Source: Ignavibacteria bacterium UBA6906 (lineage in GTDB: Bacteria > Bacteroidota > Ignavibacteria > UBA10030 > UBA6906). Taken from it: DNA of 58,458 bases. The stretch is from the NCBI GenBank assembly GCA_002451155.1, contig DKBG01000127.1, forward strand, positions 14,924-73,381, read 5' to 3'. Both the position numbers and the translations under genes were made by a program. Of this stretch, positions 25,245 to 33,908 are shown piece by piece. The stretch's first letter is position 1, and every line of letters begins with the position of its first letter. The notes beneath the pieces were generated by a model that did not search any database, was not told where the DNA came from, and saw nothing but the letters and a program-made list of their open reading frames with translations.

Positions 25245-25432
25245 ATCTCTCACACGCCGATGCACGCGTACGAATCCAGACTTCCCGCCTGAAGAACGAT
25301 CTGACAGTGGTCCTCCGGGATCTGGCTCTTCCGGATGTCCGCCAGCGCCCGCGTGCGGACATGACGAACCCGGAGTGGAGCACGCTCATGCCCGCACTCT
25401 CTTGTTCTCACATCAGGAAGGTGCATCCGTGA
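25241..25432 (+). CDS. Possible 63-aa coupled small ORF (hypothetical)
   Basis: Its ATG at 25241 makes an ATGA overlap with the GT4 stop. Its TGA at 25430-25432 makes a GTGA overlap with a possible GTG start (25429) of the methyltransferase. Third-position GC looks gene-like by eye. No homology recognised. Confidence 0.3.
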   Translation: MNLSHADARVRIQTSRLKNDLTVVLRDLALPDVRQRPRADMTNPEWSTLMPALSCSHIRKVHP

Positions 25433-26205
25433 GCGATCCTGCGGTCATAACTGACCATGCCAGACGATACTGGCGCTATGAATATGACGTCTCCTGGCGC
25501 TATATGATTCCTCTTCTCCGCCGATGGAGCACTCTGCTTGAAGGTCGTCGTCTTCTCGACGCAGGCTGTGGAGAAGGCGGCGGGGTCTGTGCCATGCACG
25601 ACGCCGGGGCTATGTGCGCCGGATTCGACATCGACGCAGGACGCATTCAGATTGCCGACACGTTGAAGGGTACGCGGGCGATCCCGTTCGCTGTCGGCAG
25701 TCTGTACGATGACCGATTCCCGTTCGATGACACCCGATACAATCTCATTGTCCTTCACGATGTGTTTGAGCATCTTGATCACAAAGAGATCGTTCTGCGG
25801 CGGCTCGCAGGGTTGCTCGCACCGGATGGAGTTCTCCTCCTGACATTCCCCCCATACTTTTCCGCGTTCGGAGCACACCAGCAACAACTTTCCGCTCCTT
25901 TCGCGAGGATTCCGTTTGTGCATCTTCTCCCGTTCGCTCTCACACAAGTTCTCCCGCGGATGCGGGGGGAATCTCCTCCGGTCGTTGCCGAGATCCAGAA
26001 GCTCGGACGACTGAAAATGGGGATGGGGAAATTTGAGGCACTTGTGCAACGAAGCGGGCTGCGCATTGCTCAACGACAGGAGTACCTGGTTAGTCCAAAC
26101 CACATCCGATTCGGACTCACCCCTTTGCAGGCCGGCATCCTTGGCGCCGTACCTCTCCTCAGGGAAATCCTCTGTTCCGGAGTCGTCTACCTGGTTGGCA
26201 GGTAA
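25375..26205 (+). CDS. Class I SAM-dependent methyltransferase
   Basis: SAM motif LLDAGCGEGGG with an acidic residue after beta-2 (GFDID). 276 aa from ATG 25375, or 258 aa from GTG 25429. Confidence 0.8.
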   Translation: MEHAHARTLLFSHQEGASVSDPAVITDHARRYWRYEYDVSWRYMIPLLRRWSTLLEGRRLLDAGCGEGGGVCAMHDAGAMCAGFDIDAGRIQIADTLKGTRAIPFAVGSLYDDRFPFDDTRYNLIVLHDVFEHLDHKEIVLRRLAGLLAPDGVLLLTFPPYFSAFGAHQQQLSAPFARIPFVHLLPFALTQVLPRMRGESPPVVAEIQKLGRLKMGMGKFEALVQRSGLRIAQRQEYLVSPNHIRFGLTPLQAGILGAVPLLREILCSGVVYLVGR

Positions 26206-26246
26206 AGCCCTTGTCCCCCGCCGGAAATCCACCTATCTTGCTCTCC

Positions 26247-27086
26247 ATGGCCGAAACGCCTCTTGTCGCCGTGATCCTCGTAAACTGGAACGGGAAGGAT
26301 CTCACCGCAGAGTGTCTCTCATCACTGCGCGGGGTTACCTATGCCAATTTCCGGATTCTGGTTGTCGACAACGCATCCAGTGACGGTTCGGTGGCCGCGC
26401 TGCAGCGCTTGCATCCAGAGGTCGACGTTCTTTCCCTTCCTACAAATCGTCGTTTTGCCGGCGGAAACAACGCCGGAATCGCGCGAGCCCTGGCGGGGGA
26501 CGCGGAACTTATTGTGCTTCTGAACAACGATACGATTGTCGACCCGGAATTTCTTACGATGCTTGTCGGCGCATTTCAGTCTGAGCCCCGCGCTGGAATG
26601 ATCGCGCCCAAGATTCTGTACCACGATCATCCTGAGACACTCTGGTACGCGGGTGCAGAGATATCGTTCTGGACGGGGGCGATGCATCATGTCGGCATCC
26701 GGGAGACGGATCGTGGCCAGCATGACGTCCGCCGGGAGACGGGATACGCCACGGGATGCTGTCTTCTCACGAGCCGCACGGTCATACGCCAGATCGGCCT
26801 GCTGGACGAATCCTACTTCATGTATGGGGAGGACGCAGACTGGAGCATGCGGGCAAGAAAAGCGGGTTACAGGATTCTCTACGAGCCGCGGGCGCGGGTG
26901 TGGCACAAGATCTCGGTCAGCGCCGGCGGTCATCTCTCCTGGTACAAGCTCCGCAACAAATTCCTCAGCAATGGACGGTTCTTCGCCCGGCATGCCGCCT
27001 GGTACCACTGGTTCACCTTCCCCTGGGCGACGATTCTGGTTAACGCCGGGTCGGCTCTTCGCTATCTTCTCACAGCCCGGCGCTGA
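26247..27086 (+). CDS. GT2-family glycosyltransferase (WcaA / rhamnosyltransferase-like), paralog A
   Basis: The start is set at ATG 26247 (MAETPLVAVILVNWNG); the track opens at TTG 26211. VVDNASSDGS, LLNNDT, YGEDADWSMRARKAGYRILYEP. Confidence 0.85.
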   Translation: MAETPLVAVILVNWNGKDLTAECLSSLRGVTYANFRILVVDNASSDGSVAALQRLHPEVDVLSLPTNRRFAGGNNAGIARALAGDAELIVLLNNDTIVDPEFLTMLVGAFQSEPRAGMIAPKILYHDHPETLWYAGAEISFWTGAMHHVGIRETDRGQHDVRRETGYATGCCLLTSRTVIRQIGLLDESYFMYGEDADWSMRARKAGYRILYEPRARVWHKISVSAGGHLSWYKLRNKFLSNGRFFARHAAWYHWFTFPWATILVNAGSALRYLLTARR

Positions 27087-27088
27087 CA

Positions 27089-28399
27089 GTGGAACTCGGA
27101 AAACACCTGGAAAAAGGGATCTGGGGCCTGGCGGACAAGTTCCTTCCTGTCCTATACGGCTTCGGTTATATCTTCCTCGTCATCCGGGTCCTTCCAATGG
27201 AAGAGTTCGGAAACTTCGTTTTGCTTCAAGAGGTATTCCTTATCATCTCGGGCCTGGCAGCAGCATTCGCGCTCCAGCCGATGTTGAAATATGCCTCCGA
27301 GGCAGAGGCCGATGTTCCCGGCATTCTGGGCGTGGCCTTCTGGTTCAACACAGCGTTCGTCACGTTCTCCGCCTCTCTCGTCGTTGTCGCCCGCATTCCC
27401 ATGTCCGATATCCTTAACGCTCACTCGTTTGCGCCACTCGTGATGTATCTCCCGGCGTTGCTTGCGGCGTCATTTATCAGGAACTTCACTCTCGTTCTCC
27501 TCCAGACGCGTTTTTTCATCCGTGAAGTTTTCTGGGTTGATGCGACCCATTTCCTGGGGGCCCCTCTGCTGATCTGGATCATCTCCCGGATGCACCTCTT
27601 CGACACCGCGGTGGATCTCATCCTGGTCAATATTGTCTCCCTGTCCGCTTCCTCTGTTGTCGGCTTTGTGCTTGCCCGGCCATTGTTCACGATCCGCATC
27701 CGCCCGAGACGATGTGACTGGGCGAGGATGTGGGGGTACGGTTCGTACTCCCTCGGGGCAATTGCCAGCTACCTCACGTATACAAAGGCGGACACGTTCA
27801 TTCTTTCGGCCTTCACCGGTCCTGTTCAGGTAGCTGTCTTCAATTCCGCAAAGGTGTTCACTCGTGTCTATGAAATGGTTACACAGGTCGTTCAGATGCT
27901 TGTGCTTCCGGCTGTGTCCCGTCTCTCGTCCAGAGGAGAACGATCCCGCCTCGTTGCGCTTGTTGAAAAAGCGATTCTCTTTCTTACCATCCTCATGCTC
28001 CCGGTGTTCCTCCTCTTCTTGCTGGGACCGTCTCTCCTCGTAGACCTCCTCTACAGCGGACGGTACCGGGACGCCATTCCTATTCTGCAGGTCTTTGCGG
28101 TTTTGGCGCTCGTCGTTCCTCTGCTTTCCGTCAGCAGTAATACCCTGCTCGGGCTCGGCCATGCCAGGCTCAGTTTCGGACTTGGGCTTTTCATGCTCGT
28201 TCTCTCGCTTATCGCCTATTTCACGCTTATTCCCTGGCTTGGCGGTATTGGAGCAGCCATCGGGATTACCGTGGCGTCGGTTTTCACTGCCTGGATCACC
28301 ACTGCACGGCTGCAGCGGGAGTTGCCGTTCACGGTCCGGAGTGTCCTTTTGAAATGGAACGATATCAGGATGTTTGTGCACAACAGGTTTGGTGTATGA
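27089..28399 (+). CDS. MOP-superfamily polysaccharide/oligosaccharide flippase (Wzx-like), copy 1
   Basis: 436 aa from GTG 27089, about 12-14 TM helices. The N-terminus (ADKFLPVLYGFGYIFLVIRVLPMEEFGNF) is typical of polysaccharide-biosynthesis (Wzx) proteins. Confidence 0.78.
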   Translation: MELGKHLEKGIWGLADKFLPVLYGFGYIFLVIRVLPMEEFGNFVLLQEVFLIISGLAAAFALQPMLKYASEAEADVPGILGVAFWFNTAFVTFSASLVVVARIPMSDILNAHSFAPLVMYLPALLAASFIRNFTLVLLQTRFFIREVFWVDATHFLGAPLLIWIISRMHLFDTAVDLILVNIVSLSASSVVGFVLARPLFTIRIRPRRCDWARMWGYGSYSLGAIASYLTYTKADTFILSAFTGPVQVAVFNSAKVFTRVYEMVTQVVQMLVLPAVSRLSSRGERSRLVALVEKAILFLTILMLPVFLLFLLGPSLLVDLLYSGRYRDAIPILQVFAVLALVVPLLSVSSNTLLGLGHARLSFGLGLFMLVLSLIAYFTLIPWLGGIGAAIGITVASVFTAWITTARLQRELPFTVRSVLLKWNDIRMFVHNRFGV

Positions 28400-29793
28400 T
28401 GAAACGTGAACCGGAAGATGATCGCCGCGGCTGGGATCCCGTGGCATCGGCGCGCCGATTCTTCAAGACCGGCGAGACCAGGACTGTCAAGGCCAAGCGG
28501 AACATCCTCGGCCTGTTCGCCCTCCGCGGGCTTGCAATCGCGACGAATTTTCTTCTTGTCCCGCTGACCCTTCATTACCTTCAGCCAACCCAGTACGGAT
28601 TGTGGCTGACCCTGAGTTCAATCCTGACCTGGGTCGGGTTTCTCGACATCGGGCTCGGAAACGGAATGCGGAACAAGATTGCCGAAGCGATTGCGCGAAG
28701 CGATACACATCTTGCGCAGGAGTATGTGAGTACCACCTATGTCTCAGTCGGTCTCATCGCAACGCTGTCTCTGGTGCTGTTCTGGAGTGTGAATCCGTTT
28801 CTCCCGTGGGCGGCAATCCTCAACGCTTCAAGCGATCTTGAGCCAGAGCTGAGGAGGCTTGCGCTTGCCGTGGGAACATTTTTCTGTTTGCGGTTGGTCT
28901 TTCAGCTCATCGGATCAGTCCTCATCGCCAATCAGCGTCCTGCTGTGAGCAGCGCGCTTGATGTCCTTGTCGGCGTCCTGTCGCTCCTTGCTGTGTTCCT
29001 CCTCTCGTTGAATGTGCCCGGCTCTCTGTATTTGCTCGGGCTGAGCGTGAGCGCGCTTTCCGCTCTTGTGCCGTTGGCAGCCAGCTTCTGGTTCTTCGGA
29101 GGCAAATACAGGCGGTACCGGCCCACAATTCGTGCCGTCGCGTTTGGCCGGTCTCGCGAATTGATGCGCCTGGGCGGTCAGTTTTTTGTCCTTCAGATGG
29201 TGGGACTCGTCCTCTTTGCGTCACCGAACCTGGTAATCACACAGCTCTTCGGCCCCGCGGAGGTGACACCATACAACATTGCGTTGAAGTATTTTGGGTT
29301 TGCCACCATGGGGTTTATGGTCATCCTCGCCCCGTTCTGGTCTGCCTATACCGATGCGTATGTCCGCGGCGATCTTTCATGGATTCGGCGAACGATCGCT
29401 TTGCTGCGGCGACTGTGGCTGCTGCTCGCTGCGGCGGTTGTGCTCATGCTTCTCGCCGCTGATTGGGCGTACCGGATATGGGTCGGCACCATCGTCCAGA
29501 TCCCGTTTTCTCTCTCGCTGGTCATGGGAGTATATGTCCTCGTGTACACCTGGAGCAGCATCTACGTGAATCTCATCAACGGCACAGGGAAGATCCGCCT
29601 TCAGCTCTGGAACGGCGTTATCCTCGCCCTGTGTGTCATTCCTCTCTCGTATCTGCTTGCCAAGCCGTTCGGACTCGGAAACACGGGAGTCATTCTCGCC
29701 ACCTGTCTCTGTCTGTTCCCCGGGTGTATCCTGTGGCCGATTCAGACCCGACGATTGCTGGCAGGAACCGCCCGCGGCATCTGGAACCAGTAG
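28396..29793 (+). CDS. MOP-superfamily flippase (Wzx-like), copy 2
   Basis: The start is set at ATG 28396, giving an ATGA overlap with the upstream stop. QYGLWLTLSSILTWVGFLDIGLGNGMRNKIAEA is typical of Wzx. About 12-14 TM helices. Confidence 0.78.
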   Translation: MMKREPEDDRRGWDPVASARRFFKTGETRTVKAKRNILGLFALRGLAIATNFLLVPLTLHYLQPTQYGLWLTLSSILTWVGFLDIGLGNGMRNKIAEAIARSDTHLAQEYVSTTYVSVGLIATLSLVLFWSVNPFLPWAAILNASSDLEPELRRLALAVGTFFCLRLVFQLIGSVLIANQRPAVSSALDVLVGVLSLLAVFLLSLNVPGSLYLLGLSVSALSALVPLAASFWFFGGKYRRYRPTIRAVAFGRSRELMRLGGQFFVLQMVGLVLFASPNLVITQLFGPAEVTPYNIALKYFGFATMGFMVILAPFWSAYTDAYVRGDLSWIRRTIALLRRLWLLLAAAVVLMLLAADWAYRIWVGTIVQIPFSLSLVMGVYVLVYTWSSIYVNLINGTGKIRLQLWNGVILALCVIPLSYLLAKPFGLGNTGVILATCLCLFPGCILWPIQTRRLLAGTARGIWNQ

Positions 29794-29916
29794 GGATCTG
29801 GTTTCGTGACATGACATTCCGAGTCTCGTTCTTCTCTCCCCGGCAACGAGCGCACAGTGATCATTGACGCCCAGTTGTGTCTCTCCGGCGCAGCACATCT
29901 GTCACTCGTGTGAATC

Positions 29917-29945
29917 TTGCGCACAAGAGTGTTTTTTTGTAGTTT
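29917..29945 (+). promoter_or_regulatory. Candidate internal promoter splitting the glycosylation island
   Basis: TTGCGC-N17-TAGTTT in the only sizeable gap of the island (165 nt). The -10 box lies within a tandem TTTGTAG-TTTGTAG repeat. It would give a very short leader to ATG 29959. Confidence 0.33.
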
Positions 29946-29958
29946 GTAGTTTACTCCA

Positions 29959-30885
29959 ATGATCATCCGGAAAATACAACGACGTTTGGCCCAACTGACG
30001 GAAATCGTGCGCAGGGTTCATGATCTTCAGCTCGCGGTGGGCCGGATAGAACTGCGGCAGATTGCGGAGCACCGGGATCGACCCCGGCCATTACAGGAAT
30101 ACGAATTCAGGGTTTTTTCCCAGTGGGGTGAAGACGGTATCATTCAATTCTTGATACGGAATATTCCAATCCAGAATACCGTATTCGTTGAATTCGGGGT
30201 TCAGGACTACAAGGAATCCAACACACGCTTCCTCCTCCAGCACAATAACTGGACCGGCCTTGTTATCGAGGCAAACCGCGAGGACATTGAAGTGATCCGG
30301 AAGGATCCCATCTATTTCCGTCACTCGCTTGTCGCGGTGCATGCGTTCGTCGACACGGAAAACATCAACACAATTCTCTCCCGGAACGGTGTCACCGGCG
30401 ATATCGGATTGCTCTCGATCGACATCGACGGAAACGATTACTGGGTATGGCAGGCAATCACGTGCGTGCAGCCGCGAATTGTCATCTGCGAATATGACAA
30501 TCTGCTTGGATGTACTCGAGCGGTCGTTAGTCCGTACGACAAGGCATTCGAGAAGACCAGGGCGCATTATTCTTTTCTGTACGGCGGGGCTTCGTTGCCG
30601 GCCCTCTGTCTCCTTGCAGAGAAGAAGGCATATTCACTTGTCGGATCGAACAGCGCGGGGAACAACGCTTTCTTTGTACGCAATGACCTTCTCGGGAACC
30701 TTCGTCCCGTAGCCCCGTCCGACGCCTACGTACGCGCCCGGTACCGGAGCTCCCGCGACCGGAGTGGCAATCTCACATTTCTCGACCATGACCGGGGGCT
30801 GGAGCTCATCGCGGACATGCCGCTCATTGACCTCGAGACCGGTTCCACCATACGGGTGCGCGATATTGCTCCTGTTCACTCTTAG
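29959..30885 (+). CDS. Putative FkbM-like SAM-dependent methyltransferase-fold protein
   Basis: 308 aa. FSQWGEDGIIQFL...FVEFGVQDYKESNTRFLLQHNNWTGLVIE resembles the SQxG(E/Q)D...(F/L)xEiGa...SNT..LE...W.G..iE pattern of FkbM-type methyltransferases. The N-terminal 40 aa look like coiled coil. Confidence 0.55.
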   Translation: MIIRKIQRRLAQLTEIVRRVHDLQLAVGRIELRQIAEHRDRPRPLQEYEFRVFSQWGEDGIIQFLIRNIPIQNTVFVEFGVQDYKESNTRFLLQHNNWTGLVIEANREDIEVIRKDPIYFRHSLVAVHAFVDTENINTILSRNGVTGDIGLLSIDIDGNDYWVWQAITCVQPRIVICEYDNLLGCTRAVVSPYDKAFEKTRAHYSFLYGGASLPALCLLAEKKAYSLVGSNSAGNNAFFVRNDLLGNLRPVAPSDAYVRARYRSSRDRSGNLTFLDHDRGLELIADMPLIDLETGSTIRVRDIAPVHS

Positions 30886-30908
30886 CACCGACACGTCGGA
30901 TTCCCATT

Positions 30909-31349
30909 ATGGCTGAAACGCTCGGCTCCCTCTGCGACAAGCTCACCATTGTGAAGCTGAAGCAATGGCACGCCGAGGATCCCATTGTGCAGGACAGTCT
31001 TGCCCGCCAGCAGCAGCAGCTTCAGGAGGAGATCGAAGAGTTTGTCCACGGCGCACTGTCGGGACGGATACCGCCGGAACGGCTCACATTTGCTGCCAAC
31101 AAAGTATACGCTAGGGCGGGAAATGAGGTTCCTGCCGTCACGGGGGGAATCGGTGAGGTCTTTGCCCGCCTTGCTGACACAAACTGCAAACTCTGGCACG
31201 AGCAGGAGCGAGTGTACGAGTTTGAGAAAGTCCCTCCGGAAGAGAAAGACACTACCGTTAAACGGCTGGCTGTCCTCAACCTGGAGCGGACGCGATGCGT
31301 TGATCAGCTGGACAGCGTATTCAGGAAGCTCGTCGAGTCTGCGCTGTGA
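30909..31349 (+). CDS. Hypothetical helical protein, possibly DUF4254-like
   Basis: 146 aa. Motifs CKLWHEQERVY and NLERTRCVDQLD resemble my recollection of DUF4254, a family often found next to GT9 genes in Bacteroidota. Not verifiable here. Confidence 0.45.
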   Translation: MAETLGSLCDKLTIVKLKQWHAEDPIVQDSLARQQQQLQEEIEEFVHGALSGRIPPERLTFAANKVYARAGNEVPAVTGGIGEVFARLADTNCKLWHEQERVYEFEKVPPEEKDTTVKRLAVLNLERTRCVDQLDSVFRKLVESAL

Positions 31350-31391
31350 GTGTTCGTCCCACGTCATTCAACACCACCGGCAAGGACACAT

Positions 31392-32651
31392 ATGCACCTC
31401 ATTCACCGCACAAGCTGCAGAATATGCGGCTCGACTGCCCTCACCAAGGTCATTGACCTCGGAGAACAGCACCTTCAGGGATCGTTTGTGAAGCCTGGCA
31501 AGGAGGTCCCACCGCTTCGCAGGATTCCAACCGTCCTCGTCCGCTGTAACCCGATGCTGGATGAACGGGCCTGCGGCCTTCTCCAGATGGAGAGCACCGT
31601 CCCGCCGGAAGTTTTGTACTCAGCGTACTGGTACCGCTCTGGCACGAATCAGACAATGCGGTCTCACCTTGCAGGTATTGCCGATGAGGCCATAGCAATG
31701 CGCAATTCCACGTCAGGGCGTATCCTGGACATCGGCTGCAACGACGGCACTCTCCTGCAGTGCTATCCCTCGTCCTGCGTCAGAATCGGCATCGATCCAT
31801 CGGACATCGCCCAGGGGGGTACCGACGGTGTCATGATTGTCCAGGATATCTTTCCGTCCCGCGAGCTCACCACATTTCTTGGCGGGGAAACCTGTGACAT
31901 CATTACTTCAATCGCAATGTTCTATGATCTCGAAGACCCCGTGGCCTTCACGGCGGGGGTGAAGCAAATCCTCTCTCCGGATGGATTGTGGATCTTCGAG
32001 ATGTCCTACATGCCGTCAATGCTCGAGATGAATTCGTACGACACAATCTGTCACGAACATCTTGAGTACTACAGTCTTGCCGTCATCGAGAACGTCCTCC
32101 GACGTGCCGACATGAAGCTGGTCAACGCAACTCTCAACAGCATCAACGGAGGCAGCATCAGATGTTTTGCTACGCATACGTCCAATTTTTCGTTCAAGCG
32201 TGAGGAATACCAGGCGAATCTTCGGGCACTCCGGCAGCGTGAATTCGACCTCGAGCTCGACACGGATCGACCGTATAAGAATTTTCAGGACCATATCAAT
32301 GTTCACCGGGATGAGCTGAGCACCCTGCTGCGCAGACTCAAGAGGGAGGGAAAGCGAATCCACGTTTACGGGGCGTCAACGAAAGGCAACACCATTCTTC
32401 AGTGGTGCGGAATTGATAGCAGGATTATTGATGTTGCCGCGGACAGAAATCCCGACAAGGACGGAGCTCGCACACTGGGAACCGATATTCCCATAGTGAG
32501 CGAGGAGAAATCGCGCGCCATGAACCCTGACTACTATCTCGTACTCCCCTGGCACTTCCGGAAGGAGTTTCTCGAGCGGGAAACGGAGACGCTACGCCGC
32601 GGGATCAAAATGATCTTTCCCCTGCCCACCGTTGATATTGTCGGTTCATAG
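31392..32651 (+). CDS. NDP-hexose C-methyltransferase family protein (TylCIII-like; Zn-ribbon, class I MT, C-terminal MT_14 domain)
   Basis: The start is set at ATG 31392 (MHLIHRTSCRICGS...). Four-Cys ribbon (CRIC...RCNP...CGLLQ), YWYRSGTNQTMRSH, SAM motif ILDIGCNDGTLL, C-terminal VYGASTKGNTILQ. Confidence 0.82.
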   Translation: MHLIHRTSCRICGSTALTKVIDLGEQHLQGSFVKPGKEVPPLRRIPTVLVRCNPMLDERACGLLQMESTVPPEVLYSAYWYRSGTNQTMRSHLAGIADEAIAMRNSTSGRILDIGCNDGTLLQCYPSSCVRIGIDPSDIAQGGTDGVMIVQDIFPSRELTTFLGGETCDIITSIAMFYDLEDPVAFTAGVKQILSPDGLWIFEMSYMPSMLEMNSYDTICHEHLEYYSLAVIENVLRRADMKLVNATLNSINGGSIRCFATHTSNFSFKREEYQANLRALRQREFDLELDTDRPYKNFQDHINVHRDELSTLLRRLKREGKRIHVYGASTKGNTILQWCGIDSRIIDVAADRNPDKDGARTLGTDIPIVSEEKSRAMNPDYYLVLPWHFRKEFLERETETLRRGIKMIFPLPTVDIVGS

Positions 32652-32774
32652 CGGCGGCGCACGTTGGCCACGGTCTGCACATCTCGATTCCAATGATTGG
32701 TCTTCCGTTATTCCGGCACCACCATCCGTCTCGTTCCCCGGGCTCACCCCATTCCGGCTGATGAAACTGGCTCC

Positions 32775-33908
32775 ATGAATACAACCCGGCGCATTCTTCT
32801 TGGTCAGCTTTCAAGTAACGGCGACTGCCTATACGCCACCGCAATTGCCCGGCAGATCAAATCGGACTTCCCGGGCTGTCACCTTACCTGGGCTATCGGC
32901 TCGGCCTACCGTCAGGTCATCGACGAGAACCCTTTCGTCGACGATGTCTGGGAAATACTCATCCCTTCCCGCCATGAAGCGGAGCACGCCTGGCGCATAT
33001 TCGCACGGGAGGCCCGGGAGAAAAAGCGCAACGGAGAGTTTGACGAGATCTTCCTGACCCAGATCAATCCTGACAATTACGGCAACTTTGACGGGACTGT
33101 TCGGGCGTCAATCTTTCGCGGATATCCTCGTCCGGTGACGGTGCCGGTTACTCCCGTTGTGCGCCTCACGCCGGCTGAAACAGCACATGTCCGGCATGTT
33201 GTAACATCAGTCGGGTTCGACCGTTATCCACACCGTGTCCTTTTTGAGTGCGCATCGGCAAGCAGCCAGTCGTTTGTTACGCCTGAGTTCGCCCAGCAGA
33301 CCGCACAGCTCGTCGTGAACCGACTTGGCAACGCGGCGTTCATTCTCTCATCCAACCTGCCAATTGGTTCGTCCGACCCCAGGATTGTCGATGGCAGCAC
33401 GCTCTCGTTTCGAGAGAATGCCGAACTGACGAAGTACTGCACCCTGTTTATCGGCTGCTCAAGCGGAATCACCTGGATCGCGACATCGGACTGGGCCATG
33501 CGCCTTCCCATGATCCAACTCCTGAAGCGAGAGACTTTTGTGTTCGCATCGGTGCTCCATGATGCAGAACATTTCGGACTTCCCACCGAACACATCCTGG
33601 AGATGACCGACTGTACGCCGGCCCATCTTGCTGATTGCATAGTGGCAGTGTTGAACGAATCATTCGCTTCCGCCCGCGCACGCTTTCACGAACAGATCCC
33701 CGTGCGGCTCGATTTCTATTTCAAACGTTTCATCCGGAGCCAACTGATCGCACGACACTTCAGGGCCGTCCTCGGGTCCTTCCGGTGCGTGGTTCAGCGG
33801 TATGGTCTCCGTCCCTTTTGGCTCTTTTTGCTCACCATTCTCTCATTCGGCGCTCTTCCACGTCCTGTTGGCCGAGCGGGGCCATCCGGATCCGGCAATA
33901 AACGATGA
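32775..33908 (+). CDS. GT9-like (GT-B fold) protein, divergent
   Basis: The start is set at ATG 32775 (MNTTRRILLGQLSSNGDCLYATAIARQIKSDFPGCHLTW). The N-terminal Rossmann motif and length resemble heptosyltransferase-like proteins. Assignment is weak. Confidence 0.5.
   Translation: MNTTRRILLGQLSSNGDCLYATAIARQIKSDFPGCHLTWAIGSAYRQVIDENPFVDDVWEILIPSRHEAEHAWRIFAREAREKKRNGEFDEIFLTQINPDNYGNFDGTVRASIFRGYPRPVTVPVTPVVRLTPAETAHVRHVVTSVGFDRYPHRVLFECASASSQSFVTPEFAQQTAQLVVNRLGNAAFILSSNLPIGSSDPRIVDGSTLSFRENAELTKYCTLFIGCSSGITWIATSDWAMRLPMIQLLKRETFVFASVLHDAEHFGLPTEHILEMTDCTPAHLADCIVAVLNESFASARARFHEQIPVRLDFYFKRFIRSQLIARHFRAVLGSFRCVVQRYGLRPFWLFLLTILSFGALPRPVGRAGPSGSGNKR

Noticed and set aside
27470-28447. A 325-aa minus-strand ORF antisense to the first flippase. 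Similar long antisense ORFs occur at 588-1454, 11406-12146, 25408-26232, 44746-45606, 46514-47449, 51502-52518 and 57755-58411.
   Set aside because: Each lies opposite a gene with clear family signatures. All have arginine/proline/glycine-rich low-information sequences and break the operon strand logic. They are treated as GC-driven shadow ORFs.
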